Virus genome (UHGV): UHGV-0286546
Source of the DNA: a virus
Strand: one strand, 5' to 3'
Length of the DNA: 64,000 nt
In this document: piece after piece, positions 15,541 to 24,530 of the stretch
Layout of the letters: every line of letters begins with the position of its first letter
Numbering within the stretch: position 1 is the first letter of the stretch
Made by a program: the position numbers and the translations under genes
The notes under the pieces: generated by a model
The model's database searches: none
Told to the model about the DNA's origin: nothing
What the model saw: only the letters and a program-made list of their open reading frames with translations

Positions 15541-16223
15541 CTTTATTGATTGACAATACAGATAAACTAAAAGCTATAATGGAATTTAATCCATCATTAT
15601 CTTATTATAAATTTGTCTGTTTGATAAGAGAAAAAGATTATAAAGATAAAGAAATGCCTCTATCTAACAAAGAAAAACAAGAAATACTTGTAAAACAATG
15701 GCTTGTTGATTCCCAAGAATCATTAGATAAACAATTGCCTGATATGCTTAAAATGACAGATATGTTTAAATGTAGATTATATATGTGCTTAGATAGAAAA
15801 TCTACAATGAAAACATTAGTACAGATGAGAAATCAAATAAATAATTATCTTGATCCATTTTTGGGTAATGATAATCCTAGCTGTTCTATTAAAGCTATAA
15901 ACAAAGTCATTATATCAGCAAGTTCTGTTTCTGAATCTTCTGATAAAAAATTTAGAAGATGGTTATATGATTGTGATTCATTGTCTTCATCTTTGAAAGA
16001 ATATGTTAGAGATGATTGTGGACAATTTTATCTAGCAACATTTAAAACAAAAAACGGTTATCATGTTGTTGCTAAAAGAGAGTTTAATGGTACTAGTGTT
16101 ATATCTGAATTAGCTGATTATGCTTTTGAAAATGGGTTAACTAAAGAATTTTTAGATTCACAAAATAGACCACTAGTTGAACTAAAAGAAAATGCTATGG
16201 TATTGGTTGCTATGGGAGAGTAA
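15537..16223 (+). CDS. hypothetical protein
   Basis: GTG start overlapping upstream stop (GTGA). Confidence 0.5.
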   Translation: MTLLIDNTDKLKAIMEFNPSLSYYKFVCLIREKDYKDKEMPLSNKEKQEILVKQWLVDSQESLDKQLPDMLKMTDMFKCRLYMCLDRKSTMKTLVQMRNQINNYLDPFLGNDNPSCSIKAINKVIISASSVSESSDKKFRRWLYDCDSLSSSLKEYVRDDCGQFYLATFKTKNGYHVVAKREFNGTSVISELADYAFENGLTKEFLDSQNRPLVELKENAMVLVAMGE

Positions 16224-16225
16224 CA

Positions 16226-16528
16226 ATGGAAATTAAAGATAGCATACCAAAAATTCCAAGTAATAGATTTTTATTTGAAAATTGGAACTCAAGATTTTGT
16301 ATAAACTTTTATGATATGTATGAGAATAAGGAATTTATAAAAAGTAAAATCATAGGCTGGTGTGAATCATCAAAAGTTTTTGCGAGAAAAAGAAATGACG
16401 AGGAATCCATTGCTATTATGCTTGATGATAATACTTGGTGTCATTTTCCAACCTTTGCGATTGAGTGTTTAATAGGTAAAGATATGAGAAATTTTTGGAA
16501 TTTTGAAAAGTATGAGGTCAAAGAATGA
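16226..16528 (+). CDS. hypothetical protein
   Basis: ORF with SD gggagag. Confidence 0.5.
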   Translation: MEIKDSIPKIPSNRFLFENWNSRFCINFYDMYENKEFIKSKIIGWCESSKVFARKRNDEESIAIMLDDNTWCHFPTFAIECLIGKDMRNFWNFEKYEVKE

Positions 16529-16680
16529 TTAAAGTGGCAATTTATAATAGCTATTATTCTTGGGTAAATGATGAACCAGAGGCTGTATTAACCTTGAAAG
16601 AGTTTGAAGATGAGTTTAACAGCAGATTAGATAATAATTTAGACTTTGACCCTAGTCGTATCAGATTTATTGTTGAATAG
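16525..16680 (+). CDS. small hypothetical protein (51 aa)
   Basis: ATGA overlap with upstream stop; not in >60 aa track. Confidence 0.35.
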   Translation: MIKVAIYNSYYSWVNDEPEAVLTLKEFEDEFNSRLDNNLDFDPSRIRFIVE

Positions 16681-16688
16681 GAAATTAA

Positions 16689-16931
16689 GTGATGTTTGAA
16701 GTACCAGAAGAAATATTGATTTATGCTTTTAGATATGCATTAGGTAGATTATCTTCTTCCCCCTACGATGTTGCTATATTGTTGATTAAAAACAAAAATA
16801 AAATAAGTAAGCATTACAAAACTATGATTGTAAATGAAATAGACTTGTTTTTAAGTTTGAAAGAAGATCATCCTAAAGATTTGGTAGAATTATGGAAAAC
16901 TGTTAAAACCGAAATGGAAAGGACAAATTGA
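16689..16931 (+). CDS. hypothetical protein
   Basis: ORF. Confidence 0.5.
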   Translation: MMFEVPEEILIYAFRYALGRLSSSPYDVAILLIKNKNKISKHYKTMIVNEIDLFLSLKEDHPKDLVELWKTVKTEMERTN

Positions 16932-17203
16932 TGTCATATTATTCAGAAAAAGATGAAGTGATATTCTATAATAGTCCTACAAATGATGAAATTGAGCTTT
17001 ATCTTATGTTAAATTGGGAAGAACTGAAAAAGAACAATTATATTTGGGAAGATATTAATGGTAAGAGGTTTAAAGAAAATCAAATAGATAACAGATATCT
17101 AAAAAATATAATCCGTTATTGTAGACGAAATTTTAGACCGCAAGAACAAATAACAGCTTTAAACAATCTAGCTTTAAGAAGGGGTATCAAATGGCACGTT
17201 TAG
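16931..17203 (+). CDS. hypothetical protein
   Basis: ATG overlapping upstream TGA. Confidence 0.5.
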   Translation: MSYYSEKDEVIFYNSPTNDEIELYLMLNWEELKKNNYIWEDINGKRFKENQIDNRYLKNIIRYCRRNFRPQEQITALNNLALRRGIKWHV

Positions 17204-17595
17204 AAGAAGTTTTATCAGAGTTCAGAAAAGGAGCGAAAATTAGAGCTACTCATTGGGATAAAAACTCCTATATCGAAATCAAGAATGAAGAGATTGTTGA
17301 TTGTAAAGGAACTGATGTCGGTGATTTACCATTTTATAAAGTAATGAACAATGATTGGGAATTTTATCGAGAACTAGAACCAGACTGGGATTATATCATT
17401 AAGAATAAGTGTTTATGCTGGTTTTGGGATAAAAGAGAAGATCACAAAATAGCAGGAATTTTAGAAAAATATTGTAATTTAAACAATATAAGTAGATTTA
17501 TTGTGAATATTTATGGGGAAGAAGCAGGTTTTTTTCACTGTCGTCCTGTTTGTAAAAATGAGATAAACTTTTATGAGGATAGAAAAGATGAGTAG
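17191..17595 (+). CDS. hypothetical protein
   Basis: ORF. Confidence 0.5.
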   Translation: MARLEEVLSEFRKGAKIRATHWDKNSYIEIKNEEIVDCKGTDVGDLPFYKVMNNDWEFYRELEPDWDYIIKNKCLCWFWDKREDHKIAGILEKYCNLNNISRFIVNIYGEEAGFFHCRPVCKNEINFYEDRKDE

Positions 17596-17803
17596 ATACG
17601 ATTATATGGATAAAGAAATCCTAGCTAATTTGCTATATGAGAGAGATAAAGAAATTGAATCTCTAAAAGATGAATTACGCTCAGAACGTAGAAAAAAGGA
17701 AGATTTAATGTATGAAGTAACAAAATTAAAACCTTATGAACAACGAGCAAAAAACTCTTATGATAATTGGGTTACAAACGCTGAAAGAGAAATATATGAA
17801 TAA
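17587..17803 (+). CDS. hypothetical coiled-coil protein
   Basis: ATG after gatagaaaag. Confidence 0.45.
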
Positions 17804-17891
17804 AGAAATATTTAAGGTTCAAATAAGCGTGAATAAAAAGTGGGCATCTTGTTTATAATGAAAACCGAAGATTTTACAGAGGATAGAAAAG

Positions 17892-18074
17892 ATGGGATTT
17901 GAAGAAGCATTAAATTATATGAAAGAAGGTAAAAAAGTCTATATCAACGGTGATGATTACGCAATCATTGACGATGAAATAAGAGTTTTCCCAAATAAGT
18001 GGGATGATGATTTTCCAGCTTCGTTGGATAGTGATTTAATTTTATCTGATAATTGGAGCTTATGCGATGAGTAA
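17892..18074 (+). CDS. hypothetical protein
   Basis: ORF with SD gaggatagaaaag. Confidence 0.45.
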   Translation: MGFEEALNYMKEGKKVYINGDDYAIIDDEIRVFPNKWDDDFPASLDSDLILSDNWSLCDE

Positions 18075-18209
18075 AGAAAAGGTCTATATCTGTGTCGGTG
18101 AGGGCTACATAAACAACATCAGACAAGGCTTGTGCGGTGGCTATGGAACTGTTAGTAATATCATTCAATGGTTATTTAATCGTTCAAAAAAAGATTGTTT
18201 CCCTGAATA
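18066..18209 (+). CDS. small hypothetical protein (47 aa)
   Basis: ATG overlapping upstream stop; glycine/cysteine containing. Confidence 0.3.
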
Positions 18210-18313
18210 AACAGACAAGGAAATAATTAATTATTTTGCCAAGAATTACCGGAAAAGGTTTGAAGAAAAGAGCAACGAAAGCGGAGGTTGGAGTATTCAA
18301 AAGGAGAAATCAG

Positions 18314-18508
18314 ATGTGGCAGAAGATTAAAAAAATTTTAAATTTATACAAAAATTGGTTTTTATCAATATTGAAAATTTTATTTTTGATTTGTTTATTA
18401 ATAATGAGTTTAACTGTAATAATATTATCAGCCCCTTTTATTATTTCAACAAAAGTTCAAACGGTTTTACAAAATATGTTTGATAAGATTATAAGGTTTA
18501 TGTGGTGA
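18314..18508 (+). CDS. MWQKIK-family small membrane protein
   Basis: SD aaggag; shares 19-nt start region gatgtggcagaagattaaa with 18508 and 19122. Confidence 0.45.
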   Translation: MWQKIKKILNLYKNWFLSILKILFLICLLIMSLTVIILSAPFIISTKVQTVLQNMFDKIIRFMW

Positions 18509-18699
18509 TGTGGCAGAAGATTAAATGCTGGCTAAAACAACTATTTTGCAAGCACGAATGGAAGTGTTTAAATTATGACTGCAAATATCGTAAACCGAAT
18601 TGGTGTGGTGACGAGGGTTTAATTCATGGATTACCGTTATGTTGGGCTTGTTATTCTCGTCATGTAGTTTGTAAACATTGTGGAAAGATAAAAAAATGA
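18508..18699 (+). CDS. MWQKIK-family Cys-rich protein
   Basis: Shared start region; 10 Cys. Confidence 0.45.
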   Translation: MWQKIKCWLKQLFCKHEWKCLNYDCKYRKPNWCGDEGLIHGLPLCWACYSRHVVCKHCGKIKK

Positions 18700-19112
18700 G
18701 TGTACAAGCTTGTAGAATAAGAGGATTTGGTTATAAATTTGATTATGAATATCCATTGTTCTCTTTTATAAAAGGTGAAGATGAAGAAGAAATATTAGAC
18801 AACGAATATGACTTCATTGATGTTTTGGGATTGAATTTTAGTTATTATGATATGCATAACACCCCATCTGATAAAAATAAACGCAAATTAATGATTATTA
18901 CAGATGGAATGAATGGAAACTATAAAGCCGTTATGTTTGTAACTCAAGTTATTGATATGTATGATACTCATGGATTTTATGAGCAGGGTTGGGTAAGAGA
19001 TTTTAGAAATGACGACTGGTTGCGAAAATGTGCGAAAAGAGATATTGAAACGTTATTACAGCGAAAATTTGATGAAGAACCTATTGAATTAGATTTAGAA
19101 TATTATAGTTAG
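18696..19112 (+). CDS. hypothetical protein
   Basis: ORF; ATG overlapping upstream TGA. Confidence 0.5.
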   Translation: MSVQACRIRGFGYKFDYEYPLFSFIKGEDEEEILDNEYDFIDVLGLNFSYYDMHNTPSDKNKRKLMIITDGMNGNYKAVMFVTQVIDMYDTHGFYEQGWVRDFRNDDWLRKCAKRDIETLLQRKFDEEPIELDLEYYS

Positions 19113-19121
19113 GAGATTGTG

Positions 19122-19394
19122 ATGTGGCAGAAGATTAAACGCTGGTTTACTAGACCGTTACTTAAACCTAGAACAGTGTTAGCTAGAGCTGATATAGGCG
19201 GAGAATGGTTTAGATTTAAAGTTCATAAAGGTAACCAAATTTACCTATATTGGTTTGGTTATATGTTTCCCCTCGAGTTGCAAGAAGATGGTTCAACTAT
19301 TTGTAAAAAAGAGGGGATAAGAGGATACAATAAACCATATTATTGGCATTGGATAGGAGATGACGGTAGAGATTGTCGTCAGGCAACGTTGTAA
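19122..19394 (+). CDS. MWQKIK-family protein; 3' end is a frameshifted copy of the 3' end of 18508..18699
   Basis: Shared start region; ttgtaaatattgtggaaagatt vs ttgtaaacattgtggaaagata with 1-nt indel. Confidence 0.45.
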   Translation: MWQKIKRWFTRPLLKPRTVLARADIGGEWFRFKVHKGNQIYLYWFGYMFPLELQEDGSTICKKEGIRGYNKPYYWHWIGDDGRDCRQATL

Positions 19395-19436
19395 ATATTG
19401 TGGAAAGATTAAGTAATTTTTATAAGGATAGAAATG

Positions 19437-19874
19437 ATGAGTAAATCAAAACCAGAAGTCGGTGATATATGGGAAATATCTGATCCAAACGCTGGAACTT
19501 ACCGAGCTCTTGTCATTAATACAACCAACTTTAAACATCCCTATTGTATTACAGATGACCTAGAAGGATGTTTTTTATGGGGCTATTCAACTGAAACATA
19601 TATTGGTAACTCTAAAGGTTCAATTTCGGCTTTATTTGAGGTAAAAAACGATAATATTATAAAAGTAGGACAGATTTACGAATTACCAGAAACAAAGGGT
19701 AGAGTTGTTGTTATTAGAGCTCCTGAAACAAAATCTCCATTAGATTGGGTGTATTTTATTTTTGATAATGGATATACCAAAAGATTATGGCAGAAAACAG
19801 TTAAAGAGCTTAAACTCATCACAGAATACCCCACTTGGCAGGAGGCCGTTAATTCAAAGGAGTTTAAAAAATAA
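19437..19874 (+). CDS. hypothetical protein
   Basis: ORF. Confidence 0.5.
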   Translation: MSKSKPEVGDIWEISDPNAGTYRALVINTTNFKHPYCITDDLEGCFLWGYSTETYIGNSKGSISALFEVKNDNIIKVGQIYELPETKGRVVVIRAPETKSPLDWVYFIFDNGYTKRLWQKTVKELKLITEYPTWQEAVNSKEFKK

Positions 19875-19990
19875 TACAAATGGGGATGTGATAGTTTAGG
19901 CGTTTGAAATACTAGTTAGCCGATACGAAAGAGATTCCACCGGTGCGACTCTGGACATCCCCACTATTTTAACAAAGGAGTTTAAAAAAT
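19855..19990 (+). repeat. 18-bp direct repeat caaaggagtttaaaaaat flanking a ~100-nt GC-rich hairpin element
   Basis: Copies at 19855-19872 and 19973-19990; internal 9-bp stem tggggatgt/acatcccca. Confidence 0.6.
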
Positions 19991-20186
19991 GATTGATATT
20001 ATAAAAGCCTTCTGTGAAATGATAATAGATACTACTGTCATTACATTACTAGGTATCGTGTGTATTCTTCTATTTGTATGCGCCTTCTTATTTTTTCCAT
20101 TTAAAAGTATAAAAGCTTGGTTCGGTACACAAATATATAAAATCGCAGATACTATGGAATACTACTTAACAAAAACTGAATACTAA
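19989..20186 (+). CDS. small membrane protein
   Basis: ORF; hydrophobic core. Confidence 0.45.
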   Translation: MIDIIKAFCEMIIDTTVITLLGIVCILLFVCAFLFFPFKSIKAWFGTQIYKIADTMEYYLTKTEY

Positions 20187-20189
20187 AAC

Positions 20190-20930
20190 ATAACTACTAC
20201 TGAAAGATAAACAAATGAACACTACTGATAAAACATACCTCAAATCAAGAACTAAAACTGAATATAAACTCCTATCCTATATAACAAAAACACTAAACCT
20301 TAACTCAAAAGACTTTAAAATTAAAAAAGCCAAACGTAAAGATAAACCCTCTATGCTAATGTCTTCCATGCCAATTATAACTAACGTCTACAAATTTCTA
20401 AAAAATAATTATAACCTACCAGAACTTACTATATCTACATCATATTATTCAGATACAAAAAAACTACTAAGAAGATCTCATACTGAATATAATGTCCTAC
20501 ACCTCAAAATAAACAATACAGTACAAGATCCTCAAGACATACTAACCCTACTCCGTATTAAAAACTCTATATAACACACAATCTACCTATAGGGGCCATA
20601 CGTATATTACACAACCTACTACGTTAATAACTACGCTAATAGCTACACTAACTCCAACATGGCCCCTCTACATATCCCATAACCATACATACCACACAAC
20701 TTCACCTACAATACCTACAAGGGGCCTTACTTATACCTATACAACATAATACGGACCTACAACTATACTAGCCTATAAACTAACTTTACCTTTGGCCCCT
20801 CTACGAACTCTACGACTAATACTTCCCTTGCTACCTATGTACCCTGCCTTGCTACTTCTGCCTTTCTTTTATTTATCTTAACACTTCCAACGCTTCCCCT
20901 CCTACTGGATTTTATATTGAGCTTATTATT
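20190..20930 (+). repeat. G-depleted (A/C/T) strand-biased tract with four spaced GGGGCC/GGCCCC inverted motifs
   Basis: Top strand nearly G-free for ~750 nt; AGGGGCC at ~20591 and ~20721, GGCCCCTCTAC at ~20661 and ~20804. Confidence 0.6.
20215..20574 (+). CDS. LRIKGY-family small protein (ends ...DILTLLRIKNSI) encoded in G-depleted DNA
   Basis: C-terminal family motif; unusual A/C/T-only codon usage. Confidence 0.5.
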   Translation: MNTTDKTYLKSRTKTEYKLLSYITKTLNLNSKDFKIKKAKRKDKPSMLMSSMPIITNVYKFLKNNYNLPELTISTSYYSDTKKLLRRSHTEYNVLHLKINNTVQDPQDILTLLRIKNSI

Positions 20931-20939
20931 TATATACGT

Positions 20940-20970
20940 AAAGGCCCCATGGCGGGGGGCCCACCATGAG
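20940..20970. repeat. GC-rich palindrome aaggccccatggcggggggcccaccatg
   Basis: ggcccc/ggggcc hairpin with CCATGG; isolated GC island in AT-rich DNA. Confidence 0.5.
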
Positions 20971-20974
20971 ATAA

Positions 20975-21470
20975 TTAAAATATTTTCAATGGTGAATTTT
21001 TTTTATTTCAATGGTGAAAAAAATTTATTATTATAAATATATAATAAATAATAAAAAAGCTTAATTAAAAAAATTTTAATATAAATATAAAAAATACAAG
21101 GTTAAAATTTTTATTTTCAAGGCTAAAATTATTTATTATAATAAATTATAATTTAAAATAAAATTTTACAAAAGCTTTTTATTTTATATAATATGCAAGT
21201 TTGTAAATTTATTTTAAGAAGTAAATTAAAAGCTAATTAAATATAAAGAGCTTCAAGGCTAACTTTTTTGTTTTCAAGGCTTAAAAAATATAATATAATA
21301 AAAAAATTTTAATTAAAATAATAAAAAGCTTCAAGGTTGAAATTTTTGTTTTCAAGGTTCAAATTATTTATTATTATAAAAATATAATAAATAAAAAATT
21401 ATAAAAGCTTTTTATTTTAATAATAATATGCAAGTTTATAAGTTTATTTATTAAATATAAAAAAAGAATC
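20975..21470. repeat. AT-rich tandem/direct repeat region (ttttcaa(g/t)g(c/g)t.aa units; two ~130-nt higher-order repeats ending TATAATATGCAAGTTT)
   Basis: Repeated units visible at ~20985/21007, 21100-21230 and 21330-21460; no ORFs. Confidence 0.55.
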
Positions 21471-21623
21471 TAATCGTAATTTGTAAATATATAATACAAT
21501 TACAATTAGCCCTAGGAGAACAGTTGTCTCAGAGCTGTTGTGATTATACTATATATTTCGTTTTGACAGAGATGATATATATAGATTTTGTAAATTAACC
21601 AACCACTATGAAAGGAAAAAGCT

Positions 21624-21959
21624 ATGACAAAGGCTAAAAAAACCATGACTGTTGAAGAAGTACGTAAAGCAAGAGAAGAAAACATCCCGGTAGTATTTAA
21701 TATGATAGCTGCACTGAAGGCCATAGAAGATACGCCTGCCAAGGTTGTTAAAAGCGGTGCTCTTGGTGATTTCAGTAAGGATATTATGGAATTGTTTAGG
21801 CAGGCCGGTACCCCCTTGGCATTAAATCAGGTAAGAGCGGCACTTATAGCAGGGGGTAAGGAAGTTACAGCGAAGCAGGTTGCTGATAGATGCTGGTTGC
21901 TTGCGAAGCGTGGTCAGTTGAAGAAGGGTACTGATAAAGGTGTATATGAGTTAGCTTAA
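21624..21959 (+). CDS. hypothetical protein (possible small DNA-binding protein) in GC-richer island
   Basis: ORF preceded by TTAACCAACCAC motif and SD; codon usage much GC-richer than neighbours. Confidence 0.55.
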   Translation: MTKAKKTMTVEEVRKAREENIPVVFNMIAALKAIEDTPAKVVKSGALGDFSKDIMELFRQAGTPLALNQVRAALIAGGKEVTAKQVADRCWLLAKRGQLKKGTDKGVYELA

Positions 21960-22132
21960 GAGCGCCGCATGGTAATTGATATAAGGGGATGTCGTTAGTG
22001 ATGTCCCCTTTTGTTGTATATGAGTAGTATATATAAACGACGAAGATGAGTGAGCGTCGCTTATACATATTGCTTGATAGACAGAATTAAGTGATATGAA
22101 ACCCAACCGATATTAAATGAAAGGAAAATATT

Positions 22133-22327
22133 ATGAATAAAGTATTTAAGAACGTCGCTTATAATAGATCATTGAAGGTAGTGTCGTTAGGAAATGGCAA
22201 CTATGGTTTGTATGATCGTGAGTTTAAGTTTTGGGTAGCGCAAGGCAGCAAGACTGATATGTTAATGTTGTACAAAAAGATGACGGTTAATGCTTATTGT
22301 GATTCAAAGTTATTGATAGCACAGTGA
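22133..22327 (+). CDS. hypothetical protein
   Basis: ORF with SD gaaaggaaaat; followed by hairpin agagcga/tcgctct. Confidence 0.45.
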   Translation: MNKVFKNVAYNRSLKVVSLGNGNYGLYDREFKFWVAQGSKTDMLMLYKKMTVNAYCDSKLLIAQ

Positions 22328-22657
22328 CGTTGTAAGAGTAAGAGCGATGTTAGTAATTAGCGTCGCTCTTGTTTGTATTAACCTTTTATTAGGGAGTAAA
22401 CGATATGACAATATTAAAAAGTGTTGCTATCGCGTTGGTTGTAGTTAAACCAGGTAGTAAAAGTCAGCAAACGTTGTTAGTTGTTGATGAGAAAGTAAAA
22501 ACCTATTGATAAGGAACAAAGCAATGAACGATATAAAGGTTGATAAAGATCCTATAGGTTATTTGTGGCGTGTATGGTTATGTAACGTTATCATATTTGT
22601 AACTGATACACAAGCTCGTGCTGAAGAATTTGCTAAACTTTATAGAGGAGCAACACA

Positions 22658-22849
22658 GTGAGTAAAACCTTGAAAAACCTAGCGTATTTAATCCTAATGA
22701 TGAGTGCGCTTATTTTAATGACAATATGCTTGATGACGCCGGATAAAACGAACGATGGTTATTTTACGGATATTGTTCGTTATTGGACGGATAATCAGTA
22801 TTATTGTGATAATTTTAACCCTAACTACTGTAAAGGAATAAAACCATGA
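22658..22849 (+). CDS. small membrane/Cys-containing protein
   Basis: GTG start overlapping upstream 45-codon ORF. Confidence 0.4.
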   Translation: MSKTLKNLAYLILMMSALILMTICLMTPDKTNDGYFTDIVRYWTDNQYYCDNFNPNYCKGIKP

Positions 22850-23085
22850 GTGAGTTTATTACAGTAAACACGCTGGAGTTAAAACCAATAGATCCTAATA
22901 CGTTGGGACTTACTTATAAACTCACTGCGTGTGTGGATGTCAATAAAAGGATGGTTGAGTCATTTCGAACAATCAAAGATCCTTTTAATAAGAAGGCATA
23001 CGTTTTATTAACAATGACTTCTGGTAAAGAGTATGTCATTACTGAAGAATCTGAAACCTTACTTAGAGAGGAGATTGAACAATGA
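22846..23085 (+). CDS. hypothetical protein
   Basis: ATGA overlap. Confidence 0.5.
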   Translation: MSEFITVNTLELKPIDPNTLGLTYKLTACVDVNKRMVESFRTIKDPFNKKAYVLLTMTSGKEYVITEESETLLREEIEQ

Positions 23086-23294
23086 GTATCGTAAATAAAA
23101 CAGATAGAGATTGGAATTACACAATGCTTGTAAGTACAGTCGATACATTAAAATCTTCACAAGGATTTTATTCAAGATTAGCGGCAGAGCTTGCTGAAAT
23201 GTCTGAGGAAGAAAAAGAGCAGCTTAAAGAACAGTTAGCTAATCAACCTAAGTTTAACGACTCATTAGATGTTGTTATGTTTTTAGAAGGTTAA
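23082..23294 (+). CDS. hypothetical protein
   Basis: ATGA overlap. Confidence 0.5.
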   Translation: MSIVNKTDRDWNYTMLVSTVDTLKSSQGFYSRLAAELAEMSEEEKEQLKEQLANQPKFNDSLDVVMFLEG

Positions 23295-23308
23295 CAAAGG
23301 AGGCTACC

Positions 23309-23722
23309 GTGACAATACCTTATGTAACAGGTGACCAACTTAAAAATGCTGCAGACTATCTTGCTTCTACTAAAGAACAAGGTGGATGTTATCATTGGAA
23401 AGTTTGCAGTAAAGACGACAAAGATATTTCTGTTGTCTTAGGTTGGACAGATGGTTTTGATAAAGATGATCCTGATAAAGATAAATATCAAGATGATACT
23501 TGGAGACTTGCTGTTAAAGTAGGTTATCAACCGTCAAATAGTATGATGCAATGTGATTATGATGTAGACTTTAATCTTCCATACTGGCCAGAAAATGGTG
23601 ATGTTTTGGATGAATGTGAACGCGTCATCTATGAAACCACTGACTTTGGAATACTTGCTAAGGATATAAATAGCAATGTAAATTGGGTAATCGAGCATTG
23701 GAAGGAGTTAGGACATGATTAA
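23309..23722 (+). CDS. hypothetical protein
   Basis: SD aaggagg. Confidence 0.5.
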   Translation: MTIPYVTGDQLKNAADYLASTKEQGGCYHWKVCSKDDKDISVVLGWTDGFDKDDPDKDKYQDDTWRLAVKVGYQPSNSMMQCDYDVDFNLPYWPENGDVLDECERVIYETTDFGILAKDINSNVNWVIEHWKELGHD

Positions 23723-24065
23723 AACACTGTGTGATGTGGAAATAATTATATCTGAAGACAATGAAGTCTCATATAATTATAAAGGAGTACTCTATACCAA
23801 AGAAAAATTTGAAGAGAGATTCCTTCCTAAGTCCAAAAAGTTTGCGTTAATCTATACAGACTATGGTGATACCTGTGATGGTTTAGCTAGAGTGTCTGGG
23901 GTATATGATACATTCAGAGAAGCGCAGATTGAAATGAACAAAGATGTTGAACACTTTAAAAAAGTAAACAGTCAATATCCTGACGAAGCTTCTGATGATA
24001 ACTACATTGTATTAGGTGATACATTTGATGGTTGTCAATGGCAAATCTTAGAAATGGAAGTATGA
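23715..24065 (+). CDS. hypothetical protein
   Basis: ORF overlapping upstream by 8 nt. Confidence 0.5.
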   Translation: MIKTLCDVEIIISEDNEVSYNYKGVLYTKEKFEERFLPKSKKFALIYTDYGDTCDGLARVSGVYDTFREAQIEMNKDVEHFKKVNSQYPDEASDDNYIVLGDTFDGCQWQILEMEV

Positions 24066-24128
24066 AACAACTAAAAACTATGAATTATTATGTACTTTTA
24101 ACCTAACCACATTAAAGGAGAATAAATT

Positions 24129-24530
24129 ATGACTAATATGTGTAATGATGATGACCATGAATTTGTTGGCATGGACATGTGCATATATTGTGGTGAATGT
24201 AAACAATTGCTATTACAACCACATTTTTTCAAAGATGCAAATGGTGAAATGAAACCAAAAAGAGGTATTCGTAAATATCAATCAACGAGTCCTGAACCTT
24301 GTGACAAATGTAAAAAGAAGTTTGAAGAGGATGGAGTTGTACCTATGATTGAAGCAACTCGCGGTCATAAAGGTGAGCCTATCTTTGGTAAGAGATACAT
24401 CTTCATGAGAAGAGAAGCTATTCAGGGTCAAGAGTTTATTGACTTTATGAATAAACACGGATACTTAATCTGTGAACCTGAATTTATTGATACAGTGTTA
24501 GCTAAACATAAGGAACAAATGAATGTGTGA
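24129..24530 (+). CDS. hypothetical Cys-rich (zinc-binding) protein
   Basis: CIYCGEC...CDKCKKK; ACCTAACCAC motif + SD upstream. Confidence 0.55.
   Translation: MTNMCNDDDHEFVGMDMCIYCGECKQLLLQPHFFKDANGEMKPKRGIRKYQSTSPEPCDKCKKKFEEDGVVPMIEATRGHKGEPIFGKRYIFMRREAIQGQEFIDFMNKHGYLICEPEFIDTVLAKHKEQMNV

Noticed and set aside
20975-21470. CRISPR-like array
   Set aside because: Repeat units are AT-rich, imperfect and irregularly spaced with no unique spacers of constant length; no cas genes.
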